This document shows, piece after piece, positions 39,101 to 51,829 of a stretch of 64,000 nt of DNA. The position numbers and the translations under genes are program-made. The first letter of the stretch is position 1, and every line of letters starts with the position of its first letter. The DNA comes from Eledone cirrhosa (taxonomy: Eukaryota). The stretch is from positions 115,878,001 to 115,942,000 of the forward strand of contig OZ024745.1 in NCBI GenBank assembly GCA_964016885.1, read 5' to 3'. Under the pieces are notes generated by a model. It had not been told where the DNA came from, did no database searches, and saw only the letters and a list, made by a program, of their open reading frames with translations.

Positions 39101-40085
39101 AGCCGATGCATAATAGAGATGATTTAAACCACTAATATTTAGTTTGTTTGTGATGATAATGTTTTTTAGAATTATGTTAGTCTTGTGTATTATCTTTTGG
39201 TTCTGTTTGGAGTTCTGGATATTAGGGAGAGTGTCTCGTTCCCCCATGTCAGATTCTTTCGTTTTCATCCATTCGATCAAAATTTCATTCTTCAAGTTAG
39301 CAAATTCATTCTCATACATTTCTTTATCGTTTACGATCTCATTGTTTTCATTTTGAGTTTCATCTTGAGCAAGCACTCCCTCCACTTCTTCGATCCTTTC
39401 TTTAATTTGTTCTGTTGTCAGTGATTCCGCCCCAACCCTGGGATTCGAAGTGTTACAATTTACCTCGTTTTCACTGACACATGTTTCATTTTTCCCTTCG
39501 CTGACTTTGTGCTAATTGCTTGATCTGATCAATTTCTATATCAGTTAGTAACTTTTTTTAACAATATTTCTTTGTATATTGGCTAGTTTATTACTGTCAA
39601 TACAGCCTCTGTGTCCAGTTGATATATGTCTGTTCTGTATTCGATCTATTTGATGGGTAGTACATGGCAGTGTTGAAAGTCTCAAGAACTTCTTTATTGT
39701 CATCCCTTGACCATTTTTCTCACTTTTATTTGGATTTCTAGGTGGTGAGCATGGAGGGCCAACAGTAGGAGTATTCCGGTTACGGGCGGTCTCCAGCTCC
39801 GAATTGATGGGAAGGTCTGAACCTTTAGCTGATTTTTCGACCCCAGTCTGGTTCCTCTCTGAGGGACGCGGTCATTTTTAACCCGGGTGACGGCCGATCC
39901 CGCATGAGATTTTAACATTTGACATTGACTTTATTTTGTTGCGTTTTATCCTTAAGCGCCAAGGGGTAATCATTTCGTGTTACCACTCCTAGGACGAGTG
40001 TCAACCAAGACTAGAGGGGTCGTCCTCCTCTAGAGACACGGCTATTCCCCGCCGGCCGCCATCCCGTTATTTCTTGGTCACGGGG
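36200..40085 (-). mobile_element. Near full-length R4/Dong-like non-LTR retrotransposon (RT + CCHC + restriction-like endonuclease), multiply frameshifted
   Basis: KWKSPGKD, NYRPITCL, WIDYKKAFDS, GIFQGDSL, HLFYMDELKLFA, RKEGGCGL, CRAC..ETIDHI..C, RPDI..IDMSVP..KYKDL..IPVVVGALG. Confidence 0.9.
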
Positions 40086-41025
40086 TTTTTTTTTTTTCTT
40101 TTTTAAATTGTTATTATTATGAGTGGTTCCTTAATGTGAGCATTGCGTGGCTTAAGAATGAAATTATTATTAATAATATAATATACTTTTTGTTGGAGAT
40201 GCCTGTTGTTGTTGTTGGCTATGTTGGTGGTGGTCCTGGGGCTTTTTCTATTGTTGGTGGGGAAGGGGGAGCCAGCAGAGCCATAGTCGTTGACGTTTGA
40301 CCGGGTCACTAAGTCAGTTTATTTATATCATTTGTTTGTCTAGTGATACCGCCACCTTACCCTTTCTTAAGTTAACAGAAGGTAGTCGGGTAATAATGGT
40401 GGCGGCGGTGATGGTATAGTGGTAGCAATGATGGAGTGGCGGCGGCGGTGACTGTAGTTATGGCGTTGTCTGTACTTAGTTTTTTTGAATAGACTGTAGA
40501 TAGTATGCGATTCTTTGATCTGTATATCTATGCGGTTTGTCGCCTATGTTTAATATATATGTTGACATATTTCCTTAATATTTGAATTAAATATTTTGAG
40601 AAAACTTGAGATACAATAATAGTAATTATTATTATTATGCTGGGATTGGTGGTGATGGTGGTGAAATTGCCGTTATCTGGCTGTTGTATTTAGTATACAC
40701 AGAGGGGTGGTGGGATAGGTGGTGTATCTAGGTTGTGGTGGTGGTCAAATTGCTGTTATTTGACTGTTCTATATAGTGTAGACAGACGGGGTTTTCTTCC
40801 ATTTATAACCATTTTCTTTTTTGAATATAAAATGTATAATGCAAAATTGAATATTTGAGCGATATAACAGGATAATATGGGTTCTCATTTCCTGAGGGTT
40901 AGCCTGGTGCCTTATGTTCCATTTGTACTAAGCATTAGTATATCACAATTGTTTTAAATATGTTAAAAATCAAAAATTTTACGGGAGCTATTCCATAACA
41001 CTCTATCCACTACGTGCGTCTTCCC

Positions 41026-41077
<52 letters not shown>

Positions 41078-41078
<1 letters not shown>

Positions 41079-41786
41079 TTTGAGTCTCAGTCATTGATGT
41101 TAGTTAACTGGAAAGTTTGTTGAAATGAATATCAAGCCACTACCTGCAGCCTCAGATATTCAGGACGTATCGGAGGGTTCTTGCTGTTCTCAGCAAGCAT
41201 GCCTTTTGAAGCGTTCCAAAAAGCGTGAAGGGGCCAATTTTCTTTAACCATCCCTGGAAAAGTTTTGAGATAGTACCTAGTGCGCCTATGACAATCGGGA
41301 CCACTTTGACCTCATGGCAGTTCCAAATCCTTTTTACCTCCAACTTTAAGTCCTGGTATCGGTTAATTTTCTCCCTCTCCTTCTCTTGCACTCTCGTGTC
41401 GAATGGGCAGGCCACATCCTCAATCAGACACGATCTTCTTTCTTTGTCCACAACCACCAGGTCAGGTCTATTGTGTTCCAGTTTCTTGTCCGTCTGTATC
41501 CTAAAATCCCACAGCACCTTCACCTGATCGTTTTCGTTTTCTATCACCGACTCTGGCATATGTTCATACCACTTCTCAGAATGTGGTAAATTGTTTACTT
41601 TGCATAGGTGCCAGTGGATCACCCTGCCCATCACATCATGTCTCCGGCTCTTATAGTGAGTCTGGGCTAGGTGTTTACACTCGGATACAATGTGAGCCAC
41701 AGTCTCCTCTCTCTCCATAGATCCTGCACAGTGAGCTAGCCTCCTCCTTGTAAATATGGTGTTTCAACCACTTCGTTTTGAGGGCA
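41078..41786 (-). mobile_element. 5'-truncated R4/Dong-like element (CCHC + RLE) inside a (TAA)n tract
   Basis: ETVAHIVSEC..YKSRRHD..VLWDFRIQTDKKLEHNRPDLVVVD..EDVACPFD..EKINRYQDL..VPIVIGALG; (TAT)n runs at 41027-41077 and from 41787. Confidence 0.9.
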
Positions 41787-41862
41787 TTATTATCATTATT
41801 ATTATTATTATTATTAATATTATTATTATTATTTTTAATATTATTATTATTATTATTCCCTC

Positions 41863-41898
<36 letters not shown>

Positions 41899-42012
41899 TT
41901 TATTACATCCTGTTTTTTTTTACCGCAGAAATTCCCATTTGTACCGTCCTGTATTGTCCTGTACTGTCCTTAATGTCTACTTTATGTAAACCCTTGTGGT
42001 TAATAAAGAAAG

Positions 42013-42052
<40 letters not shown>

Positions 42053-42240
42053 GGGCGGCGAATTGGCAGTATCGGTAGAGGGTCGGACGCCATGCTTTCT
42101 AGCATAGTTACTTCTCTTTATGGTCTGAGTTCAAATCACGTCGAGGTTAACTTTGCCTTTCATCCTTACAGGGTCGATAAAATAAAGTACCAGTAATGTA
42201 CTGGGTAATTGCTGGCCTTGTGCCAAAAGTAGAAACAATT
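42053..42240 (+). mobile_element. Full-length octopus-type SINE in a (TAT)n tract
   Basis: Complete family sequence. Confidence 0.85.
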
Positions 42241-42395
42241 ATCATTATTATTATTATATATCTCACAAAAATACTGCATCACTATGATGTAATGTTTTTG
42301 CATAATAGCCATGAAACTACGTAGTCGAGGATACTGAAGGAATTTAGGTATATTATATCTTTTCATATATATCTAATGTTTCTTTCTTTATAATG

Positions 42396-42442
<47 letters not shown>

Positions 42443-42615
42443 CATAACGTACAGTAGTATGTATATATATATACATACATGCACACATATATATGTACGT
42501 ATGGATTCACCGAACATTTATTATAAAGCTCGGTGTGTTTGTAAACAAACATCCCGAATTAAGCCGTACAGTGTCTAGCAACCATCGTTGCTCATTTGTT
42601 CAACCCTGACAAAGA

Positions 42616-42657
42616 ACGCTGTACTAGTTTCAAGCTTATAACTATCGTCAGCAACGT
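42616..42657 (-). ncRNA. Minimal hammerhead with palindromic helix III
   Basis: rc: ACGTTG CTGACGA T AGTT ata AGCT T GAAA C TA G TA CAGCGT; ACTAGT palindrome. Confidence 0.65.
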
Positions 42658-43043
42658 ATACCTTCCTGCCAGATGATTGAACGTCTGAAGGTATATACTT
42701 TCCTTATGCATATTAACGGCTGAGCAGCCTAATTTGCATATCAAGTGAGTTAATCGGCCGGGGTACCGAAAACGATAAACGGAAAAAATGAAACGAAATT
42801 TCATTTCTCACTCTTAGTACAGCTGTTACTTAAATATAAGTATGTATACGTACATACATATATGTATACAGACGTACAGTAGTATGTATATATATATACA
42901 TACATGCACACATATATATATGTACGTATGGATTCACCGAACATTTATTATAATGCTCGGTGTGTTTGTAAACAAACATCCCGAATTAAGCCGCACAGTG
43001 TCTAGCAACCATCGTTGCTCATTTGTTCAACCCTGACAAAGGA

Positions 43044-43086
43044 ACGCTCTACTAGTTTCAAGCTTATTAGCTATCGTCAACAACGT
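43044..43086 (-). ncRNA. Minimal hammerhead, second unit (C3 to U)
   Basis: rc: ACGTTG TTGACGA T AGCT aata AGCT T GAAA CTAG TA GAGCGT. Confidence 0.55.
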
Positions 43087-44002
43087 ATACCTTCCTGCCA
43101 GATGATTGAACGTCTGAAAGTATATACTTTCCTTATGCATATTGACGGCTGAGCAGCCTAATTTGCATATCGAGTGAGTTAGTCGGCCGGGCATTTCCCA
43201 ATCTTACTACGGCTGATACCTGAATATAAGTATGTATACGTACATAGATATATGTGTACAGACGCACAGTGGTATGTATATATATTCATACATGTACACA
43301 CATATATATATATATATGTACGTACGGGTTTACCGAACATTTATTATAATGTTCGGTTTGTTTACAAACAAACCGAACATAATAAATGTTCGTTAAACCT
43401 ATAGGTACATATATATATATGTGTACGTATGGGTTTACCGAACATTTATTATGATGTTTGGTTTGTTTGTAGACAAACCGAACATTATAATAAATGTTCG
43501 GTAAACCCATACGTATATATATATGTGTGCATGTATGTATATATATATGTGTGCATGTATGTATATATATATGTGTGCATGTATGTATATATATATACAT
43601 ACTACTAAGAGTGTGAAAGTAAATTTCGTTTCATTCCTTTCCATTTATCGATTTCGGTATGCCCGGCCGACTAACTCACTCGATATGCTAATTAGGCTGC
43701 TCAGCCGTTTATATGCATAAGGAAGGTATATACTTTCAGACGTTCAATCATCTGACAGAAAGGTGACAAAAGGGCGACGATGGTTGCCGAGTACTGTACG
43801 GCGTAATTCGGGCTGTATGTTTACAAACAAACCGAACATTATAATAAATTTTCGGTACACCCATACGTACATATATATATATGTGTGTATATATATACAT
43901 ACTACTGCGTGTCTGTACACATATATGTATGTATCTATACATACTTACATTTAGGTATCAGCCGTACTAAGAATGAGAAATGAAATTTCGTTTCATTCTT
44001 TT

Positions 44003-44101
<99 letters not shown>

Positions 44102-44719
44102 GAATATAAAATGAAAGTGCTTTTATATGTTTCTGTAACAGACGGAATACCTCTGTATCGCTGCTTGCGTAATCATATAATGTTAGCAAGTATTCGATAC
44201 CAAATGTATAATCAGTTGTCACTTCTTCAGAGATATTGGATAAATTGGAAAAAGTCAGAAAAATCAAAGTATTTATATTAGTTGTAAGAAAGGAAGAAGA
44301 AAAGGGATAGTATATGACAGATGGCAATTCAATTTGCTGGTAAACAAGTATATAGAAGGTTTTTAATGTGAATACAATGAGTATATGGCTTATTTTATCT
44401 AAATAAGTATTTTTGGGAGTGCCTATTTTAATCTATATTTGACCAGTTGAACAATGGACAGGGCTGGTCGTTTGGTGTAGTAGCATTAATACAGATATAA
44501 AGTGTCAAGTAAGGAAGAGAGAGATTTTCACTGCTACTGTATAACAACAATGCTGGTAGCCTGCTGGTATATGCATAAGGGAATTGAATTAAGAACTATC
44601 ATTTTAACTATAGCAGTTTATATTAAATGGTAAAGAATAGAAGAGTTGATAGAATTAAGAGTAATAGAGAATGTTAATATGTAGTTTGACAATCAAACGG
44701 AGATGGAGACAGGTGTTCA

Positions 44720-45140
44720 ATCCTGGTAGCATTTGTAATATGAAAATGTAGATTTCAAGCGATGGCTACAGTATAACGATCCCTCTATTCTGTTATTTAA
44801 TAAAATATTTTTGGATTTCATAATACAAAATATTTCTATATTACACAATTTACAAAATTCCTGTCCTTGGAAAATGCAGGGGCAGATGCTATTATATTCC
44901 ATTTTAGGTTAAATTGTTGGTTATTTTCGCGCAGCTGCCAAGCCTTGTCTGCGAGTGTTGTTACATAACGCTGGTTTTCATGTTTTATCGAGTAACGATG
45001 TCTATAAAGGCGAGATTTGAAGGAGGTAGCTGTAGATCCCACACTGTACCACTTCTGGCTACCCGATTCGATAGTATGATGTTGCGTTCAAGACACTGGT
45101 TGTTCAACGGACACATTCTGGTTGGACACAGTTACAGTTA
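44720..45140 (-). mobile_element. Penelope-like GIY-YIG endonuclease fragment
   Basis: GSTATSFKSRLYRHRYS..LADKAWQL..LKWNIIASA; other frame CKLCNIEIFCIM..LLNNR...CSHR. Confidence 0.75.
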
Positions 45141-45149
45141 CTCTATCAC

Positions 45150-45819
45150 TGAGAAATGCAGGTGACTGACGAAGGGGCATGCTGGGAGAGGGAGTTTCGA
45201 ATTTGAACGAAATCGGTTAAAAAATGTGGGATCTATAGCTGAAAAGGGGGAAGTTTGAGCGAAAAGGTGGTACTTTCGAATATTTAAGCGGCTGTCATGC
45301 CGTTCCTGAACAGAAAATCCATGTAAAGCCACTTTAAGACGTGAAATAATCAGATCTAGCGTAGTGTAAAATTTGAACAAAGTAGATTGATTAATTTGAG
45401 AGCTAGAGCCGAAAAAGTGGAAATTTGAGTCTAAAAGTGGTATTTTCGAATATTTAAGCGGCTGCCACGCCGTCCCTGAACAATAAATGAAAATATAAAG
45501 CGATTACAGGATGTGCAATGATAAATTCTATTTTCCTTTAAAATTTGAACGAAATTAGGGGCAAAATGTGGGAGCTAGAGCCAAAAAGCTTATTTGTCGA
45601 TACCGAAAAAACGGTACCCCCCCATCCCCTATCGATTTTTATCTGCAGAGTGACTCCAGAATAAAAAAGAAACGATACGCTGATATATAGAAAACACTCT
45701 CCGATGACTAATCTATGAGCCTGAAAAGTGTCATGAAAATTGGTCGTAAGATGTAGGCCCTTATAGGTAATACACAGACACACACACACACACATACTTA
45801 ATTTTATATATATACAGAT
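45150..45819 (-). mobile_element. Possible non-autonomous Helitron-like element with ~170-bp internal repeats
   Basis: rc begins a|TCTGTATATATATAAAAT followed by a GT-rich tract; aatttgaac...gg(a)gctagagc unit at ~45200, 45370 and 45542; no 3' CTRR/hairpin identified. Confidence 0.4.
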
Positions 45820-48401
45820 TACATATTCTGAAAGCTTTAATATCGTTTAAATAATTATATTACGAATTGCTTGCACGGTTGTTAGATTATCAGAATTTCC
45901 AAGAATAAGTGCAATAAAATTCGTTTAAGGATTACATTGTTAATAGGTAAATAATAACGAAACTTTCATTAAACAGTTTCCCTTAATATTTTGATTAGGC
46001 TGGCGCTGTTTCGTTGCCATAAATTGTAGTAAAACACGTGACAGATTAAATATTAACTATCGCTTAAAAGAATTACCTCACGGTACCATGGGATTTTTAT
46101 TTGCAGTGAAATTACTTGAAAGTTTCGTACACAATAGAAGAGACGTCAGATCAACGGGGAATTATAATGGTTTAACATAGAGCTGTAGTAACACATCTGA
46201 TTCGAATGCATGTGTAAGGTTGGTTGTTTTGATGTGGAATCGGAAAAAGGCGGTGTACAAAATTCATATTACGGCAGGGAATCATAATATTATCATAATG
46301 GAAACGTAAAATAATGCTGTAATCATACTACCTGCTAATAGCTTTGATGGCATCATAGTTAACTCTACATGACAAATGAAGAATTTATGAACTAAATATA
46401 ATCTGATGGTGTGTTATTATAATCCGCAATAAAAATATAATATTCTCCTTTCGACAGGAAATTTAGTTGCACGCATCATAAGACGTGGCCACTCTCGTTC
46501 AGTAAAATGCGGGTTTGGCGTTGGTACATTAATTCGGTTGTTGTTGATAATACATTAACCATATCCAAGGCTATGATTTCATGAGTAAACACATAACCAA
46601 TTTGCATATTATTTGCCCCCATATCAAAGTTATAGTTCTGCTCATTAGAACCATGCTAAGGAATTGTTTTATGGTGTTGTAAGAACTTCTGTCGAGCAAA
46701 CAGCATATGTAAATATAACAAATTCATTTTTGAATAGCCAAGCTTAAGACCAGGTCTAGTAATATTTGTGTTACTAAGTTTCTGCATGGGAAAACATAAG
46801 TAATGCATTTCGGATAATTAATTACCAGCTCTCATATCATTTGAGAACTATAGTCTGTTGTGTCAAATGAATATTTAGCTTACCAGCGGAAGTGTCCACT
46901 GTTCGTCTCCTGTAACAGGGGGTCAACTTTACTCATAATCAACATATTTAGTTTCCGAACAGCCAAGTTTACGCAGCTCTGACACTATGTCTTGAATAAT
47001 ACAACTAATCGATTTTAGCATACGGGATATTGAGTCTCACAACTGTCTTTCTTTACAGATATATTGATATAATCTAATCTAATCTGGCCGAGTTTACACT
47101 TGCAAATAAGAACCAGGGCCGCCTCTAGGGGCATTGGATTCTCCTGAAGGTCAATAGTTCTCTTCTAACTCAAGCGGGAGCGCCTTTCCATTGTCAATTT
47201 GCATTGATGATCTGCAAAGCCGCATTGTCCTCAGAACACCAGTCTTTCGATGCATGCATCTGGAACTACTGCCACCCACTGATTTATTCATGGACGTGAT
47301 AAATGTACATATATTCTCTAATATGTGCGATAAATATCTGGATTCTAACAGGGATAGTTGATAATGTATCATTGTTTCGATGTCACCATTGCTATCGGGC
47401 TTTTTGCAATTCTCACTCCCCAAGTCAAAATGGTTGTAAATATATACGGCAAATGGACAGTAGAAACTTTGTATATTTGATCACATGTTCACAATATTTC
47501 AATGCTTAATCAAAATACTTCTTTTCTGACAGTTTGTAAAGTATTTGGTTCCCCCATCCCACCCCGGAAACCAATGTTATGAAATCTACTGCTTTAATAA
47601 TTCGTGCCCGTTGGACTTCACTGTGAGGCATTTTGGGAATGTGTTTGTTTACGTCACCTTAGTTAGATCCAGCCATATGATTGAAATTGCGTAGACAGTG
47701 TAGAGTCTGGTACGAGGAAACTAACCTCCAAGTCAAAGTTCCACTCGTACCTCATTCTATCTCGAGTTTTCTAGCTACGAATCATGTAAAGAGTATACGT
47801 ATCTATGGACTACACAATACCATAGACGTTAATGCAATACGTAGGGCTTATATATAATGCAATCTCGTGGAGGCAATAGATAAGCAATTATAGCAACTGC
47901 GTACAAGTTGCTGTGTTAAATACTAAATATAATATCTATCACATGATAGACACACGTGCTTTTGGTGCAGTTACGTATCTCACAACTAATAATTTGTTTG
48001 GCCATAACATGCATAAAATACAAGGTGGCGGATTGGCAGAGTCGTTACAACGTCGGATATTTTATTTTATGATGTAAAACGTAGAGATGTCAACAAACAT
48101 GGGAGAATGCTTTAGAGATGTTGGTGAAAAGACATACAAGATGTAAATATTTCTTCTACTTAAGGTGGATGGAGTTGGACATATGCAGTGAATTAGCTAC
48201 TGCAGTAAAGAGGGGTGTTGTAAGTGAGTTGAACATTAAAGTAGATACTTGTTATTATAGATTATGTGAGAGAAATATTCCTTCATTTATTGTGTATCAA
48301 AGACGCCAAACAAAAATTGATTTTACTTCAGCAAAATTAAAATGTGGGATTCAAACACAGACTTGGTAGATATCAAATGATTTCTTTCGGTTAATATATA
48401 C

Positions 48402-48582
48402 TTGTTTCTACTTTAGGCACAAGGCCAGCAATTACCCAGTGCATTACTGGTACTTTATTTTATCGACCCTGTAAGGATGAAAGGCAAAGTCAACCTCGGC
48501 GGGATTTGAACTCAGATCGTAAAGGGACGTAACTATGCTTGAAAGCATGGCGTCCGACCCTCTACCGATACTGCCAATCCAC
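48402..48582 (-). mobile_element. Near full-length octopus-type SINE
   Basis: Almost identical to 12034-12217. Confidence 0.88.
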
Positions 48583-48661
48583 GGCTGCCGCTGATATACG
48601 ATATGATAATGACACCTTGCTAAAATATTAAAGACAGTCATCGAGGAGAGATGAAAATGGC

Positions 48662-48738
48662 TACAGTTTTAAAGATACGCATATATACAGTTTTAAAGAT
48701 ACGCATATATACAGTTTTAAAGATACGCATATATACAG
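48662..48738. repeat. 24-bp tandem repeat x3
   Basis: tacagttttaaagatacgcatata three times. Confidence 0.9.
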
Positions 48739-50491
48739 ACACCTTCAAAAGTAATGTATTAAACAACATTTTGTATGATCTGTAGAAAACATCGTATAAA
48801 CAGTCTAAATAGAGTAGTTATAAAAAAAGAAAGTACACTTCGTTTGGCTTCAGACATCAAATTGTCTATACGCGAATGAATAGATTAATTTTGGGTTTGA
48901 AGTTTGCGCATCTGTGTATTTTTTAAACCGCTCAAGTTCAATTGTTCAACGAGATTGTCGTAAATGAATCGTTTCAATTAGCAAAGAGAAACAAAAAACA
49001 AATCGAAAAAAAACAACATTGAAATTTGAAGGAAAGAAAACTAGATTTTACACTACGACTCACAATAAAAACAAAAATAACCGACAGACATTGAACACAC
49101 TGAGTTGATGATAACAATTATCGTTGTTTTGACTCGTGAAGTGATATAAAAGTACGGTGCTCCATAATATATTGGAAATGGCTCTAACAAAAAAGACAGC
49201 TTTGATTTGTTAATTATAAAACAAACATGAAAGATTCTCTTCAAGTTTTATAATTAATGCTATTATAGAAATGTTTAACCTAGTCTGATACTAATTCACA
49301 TGGGAAATGCGAGGGAATGATGCATGGTCTCATACTCATTGTATATATATATATGTGTATATATAATGTGTATATATAAAGTGTATATATGAGACTGACA
49401 GGTCTGACGTCTTTCAAGTTGGTAATGACGTATACTAATTGCTAATTTGTATCCCTGAGCAATTAAAAGCTAATTGTTTTAATTCAGTTGAGTGAGAAAT
49501 TACATCTAAAGGAGCTCATCCCATAGCCTCATTCTATTAATCGATATAATAGAATCTCGAAACAACTCTATTGTTAATAACCCGGTATTTTCCGCATTTC
49601 CAGTGAGTTAATTTTGCAAACACATAACGCACATAACACCCACATAAACACGCACACACACACACAGGCGCGCACACACTCACAAAGTGTCCACATAAAC
49701 ACGCACACACACATACACAAGGCCCACATAAACACGCACACACACATACACAAGGCCCACATAAACACGCACATACACCCCCACACGCTCACACACACGC
49801 ACACACACACACAGCACCCACAACTTTAGTCTTACACGGAAATAGTTTTTCATGCAATTCACTTGTTATGATGGCTTAGTCTGATATCAGAGTTTGGTTG
49901 GAGAATAGGAAGAAGATATTAAACTGGAGACCCAGCCTCAAGGCTGGCAACGGTGTGGGATCGGCTAAAGGAATCTAATGGCTAGTCTTTGGTGTCAACA
50001 CGGGCAAGAGTTTGGCCCAAATTTGAAAGGGTTGTGTTACTGAGCGTTATCTTTCTCTTACGATAGTATGATTTGTTGTTGCCGTTTAAATCCAGGTCAG
50101 CACAGATCAAAGACTTTCTGGCCATGGCTATTCCGTGTTACCTTTGTCCTGCACAAAATATCTAGGATTATGTAGAGAAAGATTTCGGCTTAGCAGTCAA
50201 ACTAACAAAATAATTGCCGACTGTTTATTTAAGGAACATACTTAAATTAATTGCTCTGCACTGTGAAATAATCTTTCTTATACACGACTAACTGCCAGGA
50301 TATATTCCTTCACTGTTTCTCATTAACAGGCAGTTCTTAATATTATTGTTTCCACAAGGTATGTCCAATAAGGTCAAGCACATAAACATGAACACATACA
50401 TCCATACATCCATACATCCATCCATACATACACACATAGATACATATATGCGTGTGTTTGTGTGTGTCTGTACGAGTGTATGTATGTGTGA

Positions 50492-50566
<75 letters not shown>

Positions 50567-50575
50567 CGTGCGCGC

Positions 50576-50611
<36 letters not shown>

Positions 50612-50892
50612 ATGCGTAAATATAGGATAGCCAGTACTGAGAGTGTCATAGAAGATAATCAACAGATATCTGAACCAAGCGTTAATTATCGTTCCTATTA
50701 GGAAAGCAAAAGTTTTCCGGATTCCAGATTGACTGTTTAGGCCATACACAACCAGCAAAAAGTTAAATTTATTATTTCTTAATATTTCCCAATGTATTTT
50801 ATTCGGTTTATTGGTAAAATATCATATTTCATTATATCGATGCAGCAAGTGGAAATATGAACATATTTTCCGAATGTCAAAAAGAAATTTAC

Positions 50893-51124
50893 CATAATAG
50901 CCGACCTGTGTGTGTTGAAGAATTGTTCCGACATCCTCCAATGATATACAAAATATTCTTAACAACAGCTATTTCGAAGTTAATCATATTAAACGTTTGT
51001 TCCCAGCGTTCTGTCTTGAATGGTTTATAGGAGATTTTATCAGTTTGGTTGATTAAGGTCATGTAATGGACTTCACCCAATCCAGTTTTATCTATGAGAT
51101 ATAAACGTTCTTCCCTCTTGGTTT
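50893..51124 (-). CDS. Kelch-repeat (KLHL-like) protein, internal exon
   Basis: Acceptor ttttgttttatgtttatgttttcag, donor gtaaat; encodes (E)TKREERLYLID...FEIAVVKNILYIIGGCRNNSSTHTGRLL+TG; LYIIGG Kelch signature; TG plus C of the next exon gives RLLCYNP. Confidence 0.82.
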
Positions 51125-51604
51125 CTGAAAACATAAACATAAAACAAAAATATTGATGGTCTCAATTTACAAGGCAAAAATCATGTACGAGCCTGCAGAC
51201 ATATATTCAGACGCAGTTCACACACACACACAGACACACACACCCCCACACACACACATACACACAGACACCCACACACCCACACACACACATATATACA
51301 CACACACACACACACACATACATACACACACACAAAATAACACACATATACAAACACACACACACAAACATAATCACACACACAGACGCAGACCCCCCCC
51401 CCACACACACGAATATTAATAAATATATACGTATTAATGTGAAAAGAAATTATTTCTCTAATACAGCAAGACTCACAAAATGCTATCCTCATACTTACGT
51501 CTATATTATTAATTTCAAGGAAAAAAAAACGAATGAAACTCCGATTATTAATAGAAGAATCCATTAAAAAACAAGATATTGAAGAATTACTTTCTTCTAA
51601 TGTT

Positions 51605-51800
51605 TCTCTCCAGCGTTACATCACATGTTCCAAGTGATTCCCATTACTTGAGGTGCAGGGTGGAGTTCAGCATAACATCATTACAAACAGACAAAGGGAT
51701 GGCTCTGATGTCCTCCTTAATGTTTCTCTTTACTTCAGTATGACACTCCTGGATTTCATGGTATATACCATATCTTTAAGGAAAAGTTTAATATGAGTAC
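51605..51800 (-). mobile_element. Tc1/mariner-like transposase C-terminal remnant
   Basis: Frameshifted FLKDMVY...EVKRNIKEDIRAIPLSVCNDVMLN...GNHLEHVM resembles the ends of IS630-Tc1-mariner transposases. Confidence 0.5.
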
Positions 51801-51829
51801 AAACATCTATATTTGATATGTATACACTT

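Larger units (their letters stand above)
42447..44005. mobile_element. ~428-bp tandem plus inverted repeat array with hammerhead motifs (non-LTR retrozyme-like)
   Basis: Units start near 42447, 42872 and 43262 (partial); inverted unit(s) at ~43430-44005; minus-strand HHRs at 42616-42657 and 43044-43086. Confidence 0.75.

Noticed and set aside
51594-51775. Additional Kelch-gene exon (AG...GT bounded)
   Set aside because: In-frame stop/frameshift; peptide resembles a Tc1/mariner transposase C-terminus rather than BTB/BACK/Kelch
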